This document shows positions 40,857-52,362 of a DNA stretch of 64,000 nucleotides, one piece after another. Source of the DNA: Candidatus Dormiibacterota bacterium (GTDB lineage: Bacteria; Chloroflexota; Dormibacteria; Aeolococcales; Aeolococcaceae); contig DAIUFS010000001.1 in assembly GCA_036844485.1 (NCBI GenBank), positions 18,068-82,067 of the forward strand, in the 5' to 3' direction. The translations under genes and the position numbers were made by a program. Positions within the stretch are counted from its first letter, which is position 1, and each line of letters begins with the position of its first letter. A model generated the notes under the pieces. That model did no database searches and had not been told where the DNA came from. It saw only the letters and a list, made by a program, of their open reading frames with translations.

Positions 40857-41873
40857 ATGGACGACGAGGTCGTGCTTGTCGAGGCGTCCGGGCGGGAAGT
40901 CCCCATCACCAGCCCGGGCAAGATCTTCTTCCCGGAGAGGGGCGAGACCAAGCTGGACCTGGTGCGCTACTACCAGGCCGTCGAGGAGCCGCTGCTGCGC
41001 GCCATGGGCGACCGGCCGGTGCTGCTGCAGCGCTTTCCCAACGGCGCGGGCGGCTCGTCGTTCTTCCAGAAGCGGGTGCCCGACTCGCACCCGGACTGGC
41101 TGCAGACGACGATCGTCAGCACCCCCAACGGCACCACCTCTCAGGCCCTCGTCGCCGCTGACCTGGCTCACGTGCTCTGGGCCGTCAACCTCGGCTGCCT
41201 CGGGTTCCACGTGTGGCCGGCGAAGGCGTCCGACGCCGAGCACGCCGACGAGCTCCGCATCGACCTCGACCCCACTCCCGGCGTCACCTTCGCGATGGTG
41301 CAGGAAGGGGCACGTGAGGTCCACAAGCTGTTCGATGAGGTGGACATTGCGTGCCTGCCCAAGACGACCGGCAATCGCGGCATCCACGTGTACGTGCGCC
41401 TGCAGCCGCGCTGGACGTCATACGAGGTGCGGTTCGCGGCGGTGGCGGTCGCCCGCGAGCTGGAGCGACGCCGTCCTGAGCTCATCACCGCGGCGTGGTG
41501 GAAGGAGGAGCGCGGCAAGCGTGTCTTCGTCGATTTCAACCAGAACGCGCCGCACAAGACCATCTTCGGCGCCTGGTCGGTGCGCGCTCGCCCGGGCGCG
41601 CAGGTGTCGACGCCGTTCGCCTGGGACGAGCTCGAGAGCATCCACCCTGACACCCTGACCATCGCCACGGTTCCCGAGCGCGTTGCTCGTGATGGCGACC
41701 CCTGGGCTCCGATGTCCAGCGCGCCGCAGTCACTGGAGCCGCTGCTGGCGATGCACGAGCGCGACGCTGCCGCGGGGCTGCCCGACGCGCCGTGGCCGCC
41801 TCAGTATCCGAAGATGCCCGGTGAGCCTTCTCGCGTGGCACCGAGCCGGGCACGCAAGGTCACCGAGGCCTGA
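40857..41873 (+). CDS. Standalone LigD polymerase/primase domain (NHEJ PolDom)
   Basis: ITSPGKIFFPE, LGFHVWPA and TTGNRGIHVYVRL motifs of archaeo-eukaryotic-primase-type LigD-Pol. Confidence 0.75.
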   Translation: MDDEVVLVEASGREVPITSPGKIFFPERGETKLDLVRYYQAVEEPLLRAMGDRPVLLQRFPNGAGGSSFFQKRVPDSHPDWLQTTIVSTPNGTTSQALVAADLAHVLWAVNLGCLGFHVWPAKASDAEHADELRIDLDPTPGVTFAMVQEGAREVHKLFDEVDIACLPKTTGNRGIHVYVRLQPRWTSYEVRFAAVAVARELERRRPELITAAWWKEERGKRVFVDFNQNAPHKTIFGAWSVRARPGAQVSTPFAWDELESIHPDTLTIATVPERVARDGDPWAPMSSAPQSLEPLLAMHERDAAAGLPDAPWPPQYPKMPGEPSRVAPSRARKVTEA

Positions 41874-41881
41874 CTGCGGGG

Positions 41882-42667
41882 ATGAGAATCGCCACCTGGA
41901 ACGTCAATTCCCTGGCCATGCGCCTGCCCCGCGTCCTTGAGTGGCTGGCGATCACGCGACCGGACGTCCTGTGCCTGCAGGAGACCAAGGTCGCCGACAG
42001 CCTGTTCCCTCGCACCGAGCTGGCAGCACTGGGCTATGACGCCGCCACCCACGGCGGCGGTCAGTGGAACGGCGTGGCCGTGATCTCCGCCATCGGGCTC
42101 GCGGACGTGCGCCGCGGGTTCCCCGGAGAGCCGGGCTTTCCCGACCCGGAGGCGCGGGCTCTGGCCGCCACGTGCGGGCCGGTGCGGGTGTGGTCGCTCT
42201 ACGTTCCCAACGGGCGGACCGTCGACAGCCCGCACTTCACGTACAAGCTGTCCTGGCTCCGCGCGCTGCGTGATGCGCTGGCGACCGAGGCGGCGCAGCC
42301 GGCTCCGCTCGCCGTCTGCGGTGACTTCAACGTCGCGCCCACTGACGTCGATGTCTGGGACCCGGAGGCCTTCATCGGGTCCACGCATGTCACCCCCGCC
42401 GAACGTGCGGCCGTCACCGCCCTACTGGAGCTGGGGCTGACGGATGTCGCCGCCCGGTCCCTCAAGGGCCCGCAGCCGTTCACCTACTGGGACTACCGGG
42501 GCGGCAACTTCCATCGCGGCCTGGGCATGCGCATCGACCTGGTCCTCCTCGGCGGCGGCCTCGCTGCGCACATCAGCGACGCGTACGTCGACCGCGACGC
42601 CCGCAAGGGCAAGGCACCGTCGGATCACGCCCCAGTCGTCGTCGACATCGACCTCCCAGCGGGCTGA
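41882..42667 (+). CDS. xthA: Exodeoxyribonuclease III
   Basis: MRIATWNVNSL...LCLQETK, plus the C-terminal SDHAPV motif. Confidence 0.85.
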   Translation: MRIATWNVNSLAMRLPRVLEWLAITRPDVLCLQETKVADSLFPRTELAALGYDAATHGGGQWNGVAVISAIGLADVRRGFPGEPGFPDPEARALAATCGPVRVWSLYVPNGRTVDSPHFTYKLSWLRALRDALATEAAQPAPLAVCGDFNVAPTDVDVWDPEAFIGSTHVTPAERAAVTALLELGLTDVAARSLKGPQPFTYWDYRGGNFHRGLGMRIDLVLLGGGLAAHISDAYVDRDARKGKAPSDHAPVVVDIDLPAG

Positions 42668-42764
42668 TCGCGTCAGCCGGCGGCCGCGGAGATGGCGTCG
42701 ATCGAGTCCGAGAAGGTCACCTGGCGATGTCGGGCCGGCCGGAATCCGGGCGGCACGCACCAGC

Positions 42765-42786
42765 GGCGCTGAGCACGTTCAGCGCC
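42765..42786. terminator. 8-bp perfect inverted repeat (GGCGCTGA-GCACGT-TCAGCGCC) between convergent xthA and prk
   Basis: Seen in sequence. It overlaps the prk stop codon, so it is a candidate bidirectional terminator. Confidence 0.3.
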
Positions 42787-43768
42787 CTGCGGCGAGCTGG
42801 AGCAGGTGGTAGACAAGGATCAGCTGCGTGACCGCCAGTGGTTCGTTGCGGACCCCGTCGATCGCGCCGAGGCCGGATGGCATGGTGGTGTCGTCACTGA
42901 ATCCGAGGCCGCGCCAGATCGCGTCCTCGACCTGGCGGCTCAACTGCGGAGGCGCGTGACCGTGGACGTGCAGCGCGTCCACCGGTTTGCCATCGTCGTC
43001 GCGGATGAGCTTCAGGTGGATGGCGCGATGGTTCTCCTCGGTGAGCACCGTGGAGAGATCCGGGTGGGAGATGGTTGGCCGCAGGAGCAGTGTCGCGCTC
43101 AACGTCTCGCCGTCAGCCTCATCGTGCGAGTGCGGCCAGACCCCATCCTGGGGCTCATGTAGAGGGCCGAAACGCGCCACGATATCCGCATTGGCACGCT
43201 GCGGCCGGATGAATTCCGCAGACTCCGTTTCACGCCGGGCGAGCTCAGCCACCACCTGCTCTCGGCTGTAACCGCGCTTGCTGGAGTCGCGCGCGATCTT
43301 CCATGCGTGGCGGATCGGTTCAGGTGGATCCATGAAGACGGTCACATCTGCGCACGCCCGGGCCAGCTTGGTGTGGAGAGGAAGAAGGCCTTCGACGATG
43401 ACGAAGCGCCGGGCCTCGACGAACTCCGGCCGGCCGAACGTGCCACTGCTGTGGTCGTACTTGGGCTTGAGGATGGGCTGACCCGCCGCCAGCAGCTGCA
43501 GATGCTGCTCCATGATGTCGACGTAGTTGCAGGCCGGGTTCAGGGGCGTGATGGGCAGACTGCGCCGCTCCTCGCGGTCGTAGCGATGATAGTCGTCAGC
43601 GCAGACCGCGGTGACATTCTCGGCACCGAGAGCATCGACCAGACCCTTGGTCAGTGTGGTCTTTCCAGCGGCGCTGTCCCCCGCGATGGTCAGGATCACG
43701 GGTCGCTCCGTGGTGGCCTGGCTGCTCCACGTCGCGCGCCGGATCTCCATCAGCTTCTCGGACATCAT
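42779..43768 (-). CDS. prk: Phosphoribulokinase
   Basis: P-loop [14 protein letters not shown] and PRK/uridine-kinase family sequence. The last gene of the cbb cassette. Confidence 0.8.
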   Translation of the reverse strand: MMSEKLMEIRRATWSSQATTERPVILTIAGDSAAGKTTLTKGLVDALGAENVTAVCADDYHRYDREERRSLPITPLNPACNYVDIMEQHLQLLAAGQPILKPKYDHSSGTFGRPEFVEARRFVIVEGLLPLHTKLARACADVTVFMDPPEPIRHAWKIARDSSKRGYSREQVVAELARRETESAEFIRPQRANADIVARFGPLHEPQDGVWPHSHDEADGETLSATLLLRPTISHPDLSTVLTEENHRAIHLKLIRDDDGKPVDALHVHGHAPPQLSRQVEDAIWRGLGFSDDTTMPSGLGAIDGVRNEPLAVTQLILVYHLLQLAAGR

Positions 43769-44760
43769 GCCGCACCGCGCTTGCTTCCGGCCAGCAGCCG
43801 GCTCTTGCGCACGTCCGCGGCCTCGATGCGCATCAGGTCATCCCTGCCCACCGTGCCTCCGGCGGCGACCAACCGGTCGGCCTGGCGCAGACGGCAGCGT
43901 TCCAGAGCGTTGCGCACGCTGCGCGCGTTGGCGAAACGCGGCATGGCGCTGCGCTTCTCGAGAAGCTCGCGGAAAGCCCCGACCGCTTCGTCGGAGAAGG
44001 TGTACTGCTGACGTGCCAGCATCTTTGCCGTGATCGCCATCAGCTCGTCGAGCGTGTAGTCGGGAAAGTCGATGTGGTGCGCGATGCGCGATTGCATCCC
44101 GGGATTGCTCTCGAAAAACGTATCCATACGATCCTTGTAGCCGGCGAGCACGACGACGACGTCGCTGCGCTGGTTCTCCATCACCTGGAGAAGGATCTCG
44201 ATCGACTCGGCTCCGTAGTCGCGCTCGTTGTCCTGCTTGTAGAGGTAGTAGGCCTCGTCGATGAAGAGTAGGCCGCCCATGGCGCGCTTGAGAACGTCGC
44301 GCGTCTTCGGGGCGGTGTGGCCGATGTACTGGCCGACCAGGTCATCGCGGGTCACCGTGACCAGGTGTCCTTTGGCGAGGTAGCCGAGACGATTGAGGAT
44401 CTCCGCCATGCGCAGGGCCACGGTGGTCTTGCCGGTCCCCGGGCTGCCGGTGAAGCACATGTGCAGGGAGGGGCGCTCGGCATCGAGTCCGAACCCGTGC
44501 CTGAGACGGTCGACCACGAGCAGAGAGGCGATCTCGTGAATGCGCGTCTTGACCGGCTCCAGCGCGACGAGATCGTGCGAGAGCGCGTCGAGGACGTCGG
44601 CGATGCGGGCCTCGGCCAGTTGCGCGCCGATGTCCACCTCGGTGCCCTCATCCCATGCCGGCGCATCCGGCGGCTGCGGCGCAGCCTCGGGCGACCCCAC
44701 GGCGACGGGCGGCGCGGTGCCGCTCATGCCGAATCGTCGTCGCCCGTCTGTGGCCATCAC
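43765..44760 (-). CDS. cbbX: CbbX AAA+ red-type RuBisCO activase
   Basis: [20 protein letters not shown] Walker [10 protein letters not shown] Walker B, and CbbX-typical length. Confidence 0.85.
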   Translation of the reverse strand: MMATDGRRRFGMSGTAPPVAVGSPEAAPQPPDAPAWDEGTEVDIGAQLAEARIADVLDALSHDLVALEPVKTRIHEIASLLVVDRLRHGFGLDAERPSLHMCFTGSPGTGKTTVALRMAEILNRLGYLAKGHLVTVTRDDLVGQYIGHTAPKTRDVLKRAMGGLLFIDEAYYLYKQDNERDYGAESIEILLQVMENQRSDVVVVLAGYKDRMDTFFESNPGMQSRIAHHIDFPDYTLDELMAITAKMLARQQYTFSDEAVGAFRELLEKRSAMPRFANARSVRNALERCRLRQADRLVAAGGTVGRDDLMRIEAADVRKSRLLAGSKRGAA

Positions 44761-45180
44761 CTGGTGTACCGCTCACCTTCCGGCCGGTCGGTCGCATACG
44801 CGTGCAACGTGTACCGGATCTGGCGGTCCGCCGTCTCCTGGCGGTCGAGACGGAAGCCAGGCTCGTCCTTGGGCCGGTTGACGATGAAGCTCAGCGCTGT
44901 CGTCTGCCTGCCCAGGGTGCGGTCATACGCGTTGAGACGGATGTAGTGATCGGGATGCGCCTCACGACAGCGATCGATCTCGTAGAGGATGGCGGACGGA
45001 TCCTCCATGTCGAACATGGGCAGCTCCCACATCTCCCACAGGAAGTTGCGCGGGTGGGGATCGTCGGTGAACTCGACCGAGAGCGGCCATTGGTTCTGAA
45101 GGCAATAGCGCACCTGCGCGGTGATCTGCTCGTTGCTGAGATCGGGGAGATAGGAGAACGTCCCCTGGGTGATTCGCATG
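44757..45180 (-). CDS. cbbS: RuBisCO small subunit (red-type)
   Basis: [56 protein letters not shown]. Only the 3' part of ORF 44757..45803 is real. Confidence 0.85.
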
Positions 45181-45193
45181 CGGTTGTCTCCCC

Positions 45194-46777
<1,584 letters not shown>

Positions 46778-47677
46778 ATGACTCTGCGCCAGCTGGCGAC
46801 CTTTCTCGAGCTCTCTCGAAGTGGATCGGTGAAGGTGGCCGCCGAGCGGTTGTTCGTTTCCCAGCCGGCTGTGTCCGCGGTGATCGCCTCGCTCCAGCGC
46901 GAGTTGGGAGTGGCACTGGTCACCCGGGCCGGCCGCGGCCTGCGTCTGACGCCATCCGGGACGGTGCTTGCCGGCTACGCCAGGCGCATCCAGGGCGTTC
47001 TCGATGAAGCGGCCGTGGCGGCGGTCGGCGCGGGTGCCCGGATGCGCGTGCGCCTGGGAGCGGTGACCACAGCCGGCGAGTTCATCCTGCCGGCCGCGAT
47101 CGCCGGCTTTCGCGCTCTCCGTCCCGACGCCGAGGTGAGCCTCGAGGTGACCAACCGCGCCCAGGTGTGGGAGCGGCTCGAGGCTCACGAGGTCGACCTC
47201 GTCGTCGCCGGCCGGCCTCCGGAGGCGCGCGGTCTGCGCATCCGCGGGCTGCGCCCCAACGAGCTGGTCATCGTCGCCGCCCCTGAGATGCTGCGCAGGC
47301 CGCGCCCCCTGGCGGCCTGCACATGGCTGCTGCGCGAACCGGGGTCGGGGACACGCTCCGCAGTCGAGCACTACCTCGCCACACAGGGGATCGCGCCCAG
47401 CACGCTGACACTGGGATCGAACGGCGCGGTGCGCGAGGCGGCGGCCGTCGGGCTGGGCGTCACTCTCATGTCGCGGGACGCGGTGGCGTCGGAGCTGTCG
47501 AGCGGGCGCCTGGTGGTGCTCGAGGCAGCCGGCGTGCCGCTGCAGCGCGAGTGGCACATCGTCACCCGAGACGAGCCCGAGCTCCCCGGCGCGGCAACGC
47601 TGTTCCTCGACCACCTCATGACCCACAGCGGCTTCGCCCGCACCGACGATTGGCCGTCGCGGTTGGGCCCCGCCTAA
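46778..47677 (+). CDS. cbbR: LysR-family transcriptional regulator, CbbR-like
   Basis: N-terminal HTH MTLRQLATFLELSRSGSVKVAAERLFVSQPAVSAVIASLQRELG. Divergent from cbbL. Confidence 0.8.
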   Translation: MTLRQLATFLELSRSGSVKVAAERLFVSQPAVSAVIASLQRELGVALVTRAGRGLRLTPSGTVLAGYARRIQGVLDEAAVAAVGAGARMRVRLGAVTTAGEFILPAAIAGFRALRPDAEVSLEVTNRAQVWERLEAHEVDLVVAGRPPEARGLRIRGLRPNELVIVAAPEMLRRPRPLAACTWLLREPGSGTRSAVEHYLATQGIAPSTLTLGSNGAVREAAAVGLGVTLMSRDAVASELSSGRLVVLEAAGVPLQREWHIVTRDEPELPGAATLFLDHLMTHSGFARTDDWPSRLGPA

Positions 47678-48282
47678 ACCGTCTGGTTGCGAGCAGCGCG
47701 GCGCGAGAGAGGATCGAGCGCGTAGTACACGGCCAGCAGCGCGTGAAATGCCAGGCAGGCATAGGCCGAGATGAACGCGATGCCGACCGTGATGGTGTAG
47801 AGCGCGCTGCCGATGGTGAAGAGAACGGTGGCGATCCCGCGCTGCGCTTCCGGGAATCCTGGTGACAGAAGTCTGCGACCCCGCGAGGCGTAGACCCACA
47901 GCGCCGACCACGCATACGCATTGACCGCCATCACGACGCTGTAGAGCACCGCGGCCGTCTGGGCTCCCTGTCCCTTCTGCAAGGCCTGGCCGAAGATTCC
48001 GGTTGGATAGGGGATGAACACAATCGTCATGAGCAGGAGGAGATTGAGGTACACCAAGCCGCGGTCGACCCGTTCGAAGTGGGCGAAAATGGAGTGGTGG
48101 TTGAACCACATGATGCCGATGACCGCGAAGCTGACGACATAGGCGGCGAACCCCGGCCAGCGATCGGCCAGCTCTTGAGCCAGGTGGTTGTAGTTGCCCG
48201 GCTGCGCGATGGTCAGCACCAGCAGCGTGATGGCGATGGCGAACACGCCGTCGCTCAGCGTTTCGATGCGCGCCTTGCTCAT
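47674..48282 (-). CDS. TMEM175/DUF1211-family membrane protein (putative K+ channel homologue)
   Basis: RIETLSDGVFAIAITLLVL and a second FSDGV-like repeat, with 6 TM helices. Confidence 0.7.
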   Translation of the reverse strand: MSKARIETLSDGVFAIAITLLVLTIAQPGNYNHLAQELADRWPGFAAYVVSFAVIGIMWFNHHSIFAHFERVDRGLVYLNLLLLMTIVFIPYPTGIFGQALQKGQGAQTAAVLYSVVMAVNAYAWSALWVYASRGRRLLSPGFPEAQRGIATVLFTIGSALYTITVGIAFISAYACLAFHALLAVYYALDPLSRRAARNQTV

Positions 48283-49544
48283 CGCCCGGATCCTAGTGCC
48301 TCGACCTCGACACCGATCAGGCGCTGCGCACGTCGCAAGGACTCCTCTACGGCCGCGGCGTCCGATCCCCGCGCGATGACGAAGCCGAGATAACGATCAC
48401 CTTCCGGCAGTGACTCCATCGCCTGGCCCACCGGGATGGTGAGCTCCACAGCGGTCACCCCCGGCACCGCCGCCGCCTGGCGCGCGCCGGACACCTGGTG
48501 CAGGACCCCTGTGCTGGGCACGGGGAGCATGAGCACCCCGGCCGCTCCCGGAGCCAACCGGGGCTGGTCCAAGGGCATCCCCATCGCGTGGCGGAGGATC
48601 AGCTCCTCGAGGGACATCTCGTGCTCGCCATCGAGAATGCGCAGCGCCGACGAGCATCGGCCACCGATGGATCGCGCCGCCACCTCGAGGAAGACGGGGC
48701 CGCCGCGCGCAAGTCGCAGCTCGGCGTGGATCGGGCCGTCGCGGAGGCCCAGGGCGTGCAGAGCCTCGCGGGTCAGGGCGATGGCGTCATCCAGCGTCGC
48801 GCCATCGTGCCTCGACGGGGTCACGTACAGCGTTTCCGCGAAGAACGGGCCGTCCAGCGGGTCGGGCTTGTCAAAGATCGCCAGCACCGACAATTCCCCC
48901 TCCGTCAGGAATCCCTCGATGGCGATCTCCGCACCGGGAATGAATTCCTCGACCAGCAGAGGTGGATCGCGGTCGGGATCGCAGAGCTCGGGTCGACGGA
49001 GAAGCTCGTCGACCCGGATCACGGCGGCGGCCAGCTCCTCGACAGTGTTGGCGCGGATCACCCCCCGGCTGGCGGCAAGGTTGACGGGCTTGACGACGCA
49101 CGGCAGTCCGACCGCTGCGGCCGCGGTGCCTGCCGCAGAGCCGGTGGCGTCGCCGCGCACCTCCACCCACCGTGGCTGCCGGACCGATGCGTGGTCCAGG
49201 CGCGCGCGCAATCGCCGCTTGTCGCGAGTGGCCCCAACGGCTTCGATCGGGTTGCGCGCCAGGCCGAGCGCGGTTGCGAGGTGCGCGGCGATCAGAACGG
49301 ATGCCTCGTCGACCCCGATGACGGCGTCGACCGGACGGCGCCGTGCGAACTCCGCCGCCCGGGCGGCGGAGTCTTCGGGCCGGCCGAGGTCGAGGGTCAG
49401 CACTCGTCCCTCCATCAGCGCGGCCAGGGTGGGCGCCTGATCGGACGCGACCACGCACTCCAGCCCGAGCCCCTCCGCGGCGCGCAGGAAGGCGGTGGCC
49501 CTGTAGGTGGCGGTGGGGAGGACGAGCATGACCCGCTGTGACAT
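48279..49544 (-). CDS. ATP-grasp domain carboxylate–amine ligase-like protein
   Basis: Pre-ATP-grasp N-domain plus an ATP-grasp core (LPCVVKPVNLAASRGV...LLVEEFIPGAEIAIEGFL). It overlaps the TMEM175-like gene by 4 bp. Confidence 0.7.
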   Translation of the reverse strand: MSQRVMLVLPTATYRATAFLRAAEGLGLECVVASDQAPTLAALMEGRVLTLDLGRPEDSAARAAEFARRRPVDAVIGVDEASVLIAAHLATALGLARNPIEAVGATRDKRRLRARLDHASVRQPRWVEVRGDATGSAAGTAAAAVGLPCVVKPVNLAASRGVIRANTVEELAAAVIRVDELLRRPELCDPDRDPPLLVEEFIPGAEIAIEGFLTEGELSVLAIFDKPDPLDGPFFAETLYVTPSRHDGATLDDAIALTREALHALGLRDGPIHAELRLARGGPVFLEVAARSIGGRCSSALRILDGEHEMSLEELILRHAMGMPLDQPRLAPGAAGVLMLPVPSTGVLHQVSGARQAAAVPGVTAVELTIPVGQAMESLPEGDRYLGFVIARGSDAAAVEESLRRAQRLIGVEVEALGSGR

Positions 49545-49616
49545 GGGAATCAGCCTAGGTCAGCGCCGGCGCCAGCCGCAGTGCACCGGCTGACCCGAGG
49601 CGTCAGACTCGGGTCC

Positions 49617-50201
49617 ATGAAGCAGCCCCGCGTCAGTGCCACCGACGCCGCGCGCACCCGCATCGAGCAGGTACGCGCCAACACCAAGCAGCTGGGTGCC
49701 GGGCTTCGAATCGCCATCACCGGCCGTCACGACGGCGCCTTCATCTACGACATGCAGCTGGTGGCACCCGGTGAGGAGCGGCAGGGTGACATCGTCGTCG
49801 AGTCGCTCCAGGGCATCCCCATCCACATCCCTCTTGCCTCGGCTCCGTACCTCGACGGCATCACCCTCGACGCTGATCTTCCCATGGGCGCGGTGCGCGT
49901 CAACAACCCCAACCCGCTCTGGCTCGATCCCGTGGCCGAGCGCGTCCAGCGTCTGCTCGACCTCGAGGTCAACCCGGCCGTGGCGTCGCACGGCGGCCAC
50001 ATCGATCTTCTCGACGTCGCCGACGGCGTTGCCTTCATCCACATGGGCGGTGGCTGCCAGGGGTGTGGCATGGCCGAGGTCACCCTGGGCCAGGGAGTGC
50101 GCACCGCAATCCTCGACGCCTTCCCGGAGATTCGAGAGGTGCGCGACACCACCGATCACGCGCAGGGGACCAATCCCTACTACCAGGCCGCCAAGAAATA
50201 G
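49617..50201 (+). CDS. NfuA-like Fe–S cluster carrier (degenerate A-type N-domain plus Nfu C-domain)
   Basis: C-terminal VASHGGHIDLLDVADGVAFIHMGGGCQGCGMAEVTL (CxxC Nfu motif). Confidence 0.7.
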   Translation: MKQPRVSATDAARTRIEQVRANTKQLGAGLRIAITGRHDGAFIYDMQLVAPGEERQGDIVVESLQGIPIHIPLASAPYLDGITLDADLPMGAVRVNNPNPLWLDPVAERVQRLLDLEVNPAVASHGGHIDLLDVADGVAFIHMGGGCQGCGMAEVTLGQGVRTAILDAFPEIREVRDTTDHAQGTNPYYQAAKK

Positions 50202-50272
50202 GTCCTTCACCGCCGCAGGGACACGTCGACGAGCGGCCCTCGCGGTGAACTGCGCGACCGGCGGTGGATAGG

Positions 50273-50794
50273 ATGGCCCCCATGACAGAGGGGATCACGC
50301 CAGGGGAGCGGTTCGAGGACACGCGCACCTGGGAGGCCGCCGGCGTGGATGGTCCGCACATCTGGCGGACTCTCGCCTACCGGAGAACGGACTGGCAGCC
50401 GGGGTCCACCACGATCGAGTGGACGGCCATACCGGAATACTGCTTTCCCACCGCCGCCGGTCCCGTCGTCCAGGGCGGCATGGTGACCGCGCTGCTCGAC
50501 TCGGCGATGGGTGGGGCGTGCTGGACGGTGCTGGACAACGACCAGGTGTTTCTGACCGCTGACCTGCGTGTGGAATTCCTGCGCGCCTCGCGACCGGGCC
50601 TGCTCCGTGCCACGGGAACGGTGGTGCGGCGCACGCGCAGAATCGTCTTCTGTGCCGCCGAGATGTTCGACTCCGCGGGTGCTCTCCTCGCCACCAGCCG
50701 GTGCACGCAGGTGGTTCTCCCCGACACCGGTTCATACGGACGGCACGACGCAGCCGATCGCGATGGCGCGCCTCCCGAGGATGCTCGTGGCTGA
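50273..50794 (+). CDS. PaaI-family hotdog thioesterase
   Basis: QGGMVTALLDSAMG...DLRVEFLRA motifs. Confidence 0.6.
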   Translation: MAPMTEGITPGERFEDTRTWEAAGVDGPHIWRTLAYRRTDWQPGSTTIEWTAIPEYCFPTAAGPVVQGGMVTALLDSAMGGACWTVLDNDQVFLTADLRVEFLRASRPGLLRATGTVVRRTRRIVFCAAEMFDSAGALLATSRCTQVVLPDTGSYGRHDAADRDGAPPEDARG

Positions 50795-52346
50795 CGGCCG
50801 CAACCTGGCACGGCTCGCCGAGGAGACCTTGGAGCGGCTCGGAGACCACGACGCGCTCATCTTCGAGGGACAGACGTTCCGCTCCGGCGACTTGCACGAG
50901 CGCGCCCAGCATGCCGCCGGGGGACTTGCCGACCTCGGCGTGGAACCCGGAGAACGGGTCGTCGTGCTGATGGCCAACTGTCCGGAGGTCCTGATCGCAT
51001 ACAACGCCATCTGGCGCGCCGGAGCGGTGGTCACGCCCGTGGTCTTCCTCACCAGCGCCCCTGAGCTGCGCCACATCCTGGTCGACTCGGGCGCCGTCGC
51101 CGCGATGACCACCGCCGAGCTGCTGGGCACGGTTCTCGATGCGGCCGCCGGTGCGCCCGCGCTGCGACACGTCATCGTCGCCGGCGATCATCCCGACGCC
51201 CCAGCGGGAATCGGGGTGCAGCAGGTGGACTTCCAGGATCTCGACACCGCTGAAGCACGTGCGCGTGTGCAGCGGCGGGACGATGAGCTCGCCGCTCTCA
51301 TGTACACCGGGGGCACCACGGGCAGGGCCAAGGGGGTTGCGCTCAGCCATGCCAACCTGTGGTCCTGTGGACGCAGCTCGTGGGAGGCCACCCACGTGCC
51401 GGGGGCAACGCGCGTCATCACCCCGCTGCCACTGTCCCATGCGTACGGCATGATCGTCACCATTGTCGGCATGCACTCCGATGAGCGGGGAGTGGCGGTG
51501 GTCCAGCGCTGGTTCAACGCGTCCGAATGGGTCGCGCTCTGCGAACAGCACCGCTCCCAGCGCACCGCGCTGGTCCCCGCCATGATGCAGATGCTCCTCG
51601 CCGAGCCCCTCGAGGAGGCGGCGCTCGACGCGCTGCTCTACGTCGGCAGCGGCGCTGCACCGCTGTCGCTCGATGTCATGCAGGAGTTCGAGCGCAGGGT
51701 GCCGTCGTGCCAGGTTCTCGAGGGGTACGGCTGCACGGAGACGTCCGCGGTGATCTCCACCAACCCTCCCGGCCGCCGTCGCCCGGGGAGCGTGGGATTG
51801 CCGATCGCGGGCTGCAGCGTGCGCATCACCGGCGAGGGGGGCGAGGTGCTGCGCGACGGTGACGACGGCGAGATCTGCGTCCGCGGCCCGGGAGTCATGG
51901 GCGGCTACTGGAACTCTCCTGAGGAGACTGCGGCGGTTCTCCGCGACGGCTGGCTGCACACCGGCGACATCGGCCACGTCGACTCCGACGGGTACCTCTA
52001 CGTCGTCGACCGCAAGAAGGACCTCATCCTGCGCGGTGGATTCAACGTCTTTCCGCGCGACGTCGAGGATGTGCTCGTCTCCCATCCGCAGGTTGCCATG
52101 GCCGGCGTGGTCGGCCGTCCGGACCCTCGCCTGGGTGAGGAGGTGGTCGCCTTCGTGAGCCTGAAGCAGGGGACGACGGTGGGAGCCGACGAGCTCATCC
52201 GGTACGCTCGCTCGCGTCTGTCCGCGACCAAGGCTCCGCGCGAGATCCGGATCGTCGGCAGCATCCCTCTCACCAGCGTCGGTAAGCTGGATCGCAAGGC
52301 GCTCCGCTCGATGGTGGCGGTGGCACCATCGGCCGCGGACGGGTGA
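50763..52346 (+). CDS. AMP-dependent acyl-CoA synthetase/ligase
   Basis: MYTGGTTGRAKGV (AMP-binding box I), a GYGCTET-like region, and C-terminal IPLTSVGKLDRKAL. It overlaps the thioesterase 3' end by 32 bp. Confidence 0.85.
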   Translation: MARLPRMLVADGRNLARLAEETLERLGDHDALIFEGQTFRSGDLHERAQHAAGGLADLGVEPGERVVVLMANCPEVLIAYNAIWRAGAVVTPVVFLTSAPELRHILVDSGAVAAMTTAELLGTVLDAAAGAPALRHVIVAGDHPDAPAGIGVQQVDFQDLDTAEARARVQRRDDELAALMYTGGTTGRAKGVALSHANLWSCGRSSWEATHVPGATRVITPLPLSHAYGMIVTIVGMHSDERGVAVVQRWFNASEWVALCEQHRSQRTALVPAMMQMLLAEPLEEAALDALLYVGSGAAPLSLDVMQEFERRVPSCQVLEGYGCTETSAVISTNPPGRRRPGSVGLPIAGCSVRITGEGGEVLRDGDDGEICVRGPGVMGGYWNSPEETAAVLRDGWLHTGDIGHVDSDGYLYVVDRKKDLILRGGFNVFPRDVEDVLVSHPQVAMAGVVGRPDPRLGEEVVAFVSLKQGTTVGADELIRYARSRLSATKAPREIRIVGSIPLTSVGKLDRKALRSMVAVAPSAADG

Positions 52347-52362
52347 GGTAGGCTCCCTTCCC

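Noticed and set aside
42779-43768. Alternative identification of the prk gene as uridine/cytidine kinase
   Set aside because: Its length (~300 aa), its position directly after cbbX with a 4-bp overlap, and PRK-specific C-terminal regions favour phosphoribulokinase. Udk is ~210 aa.
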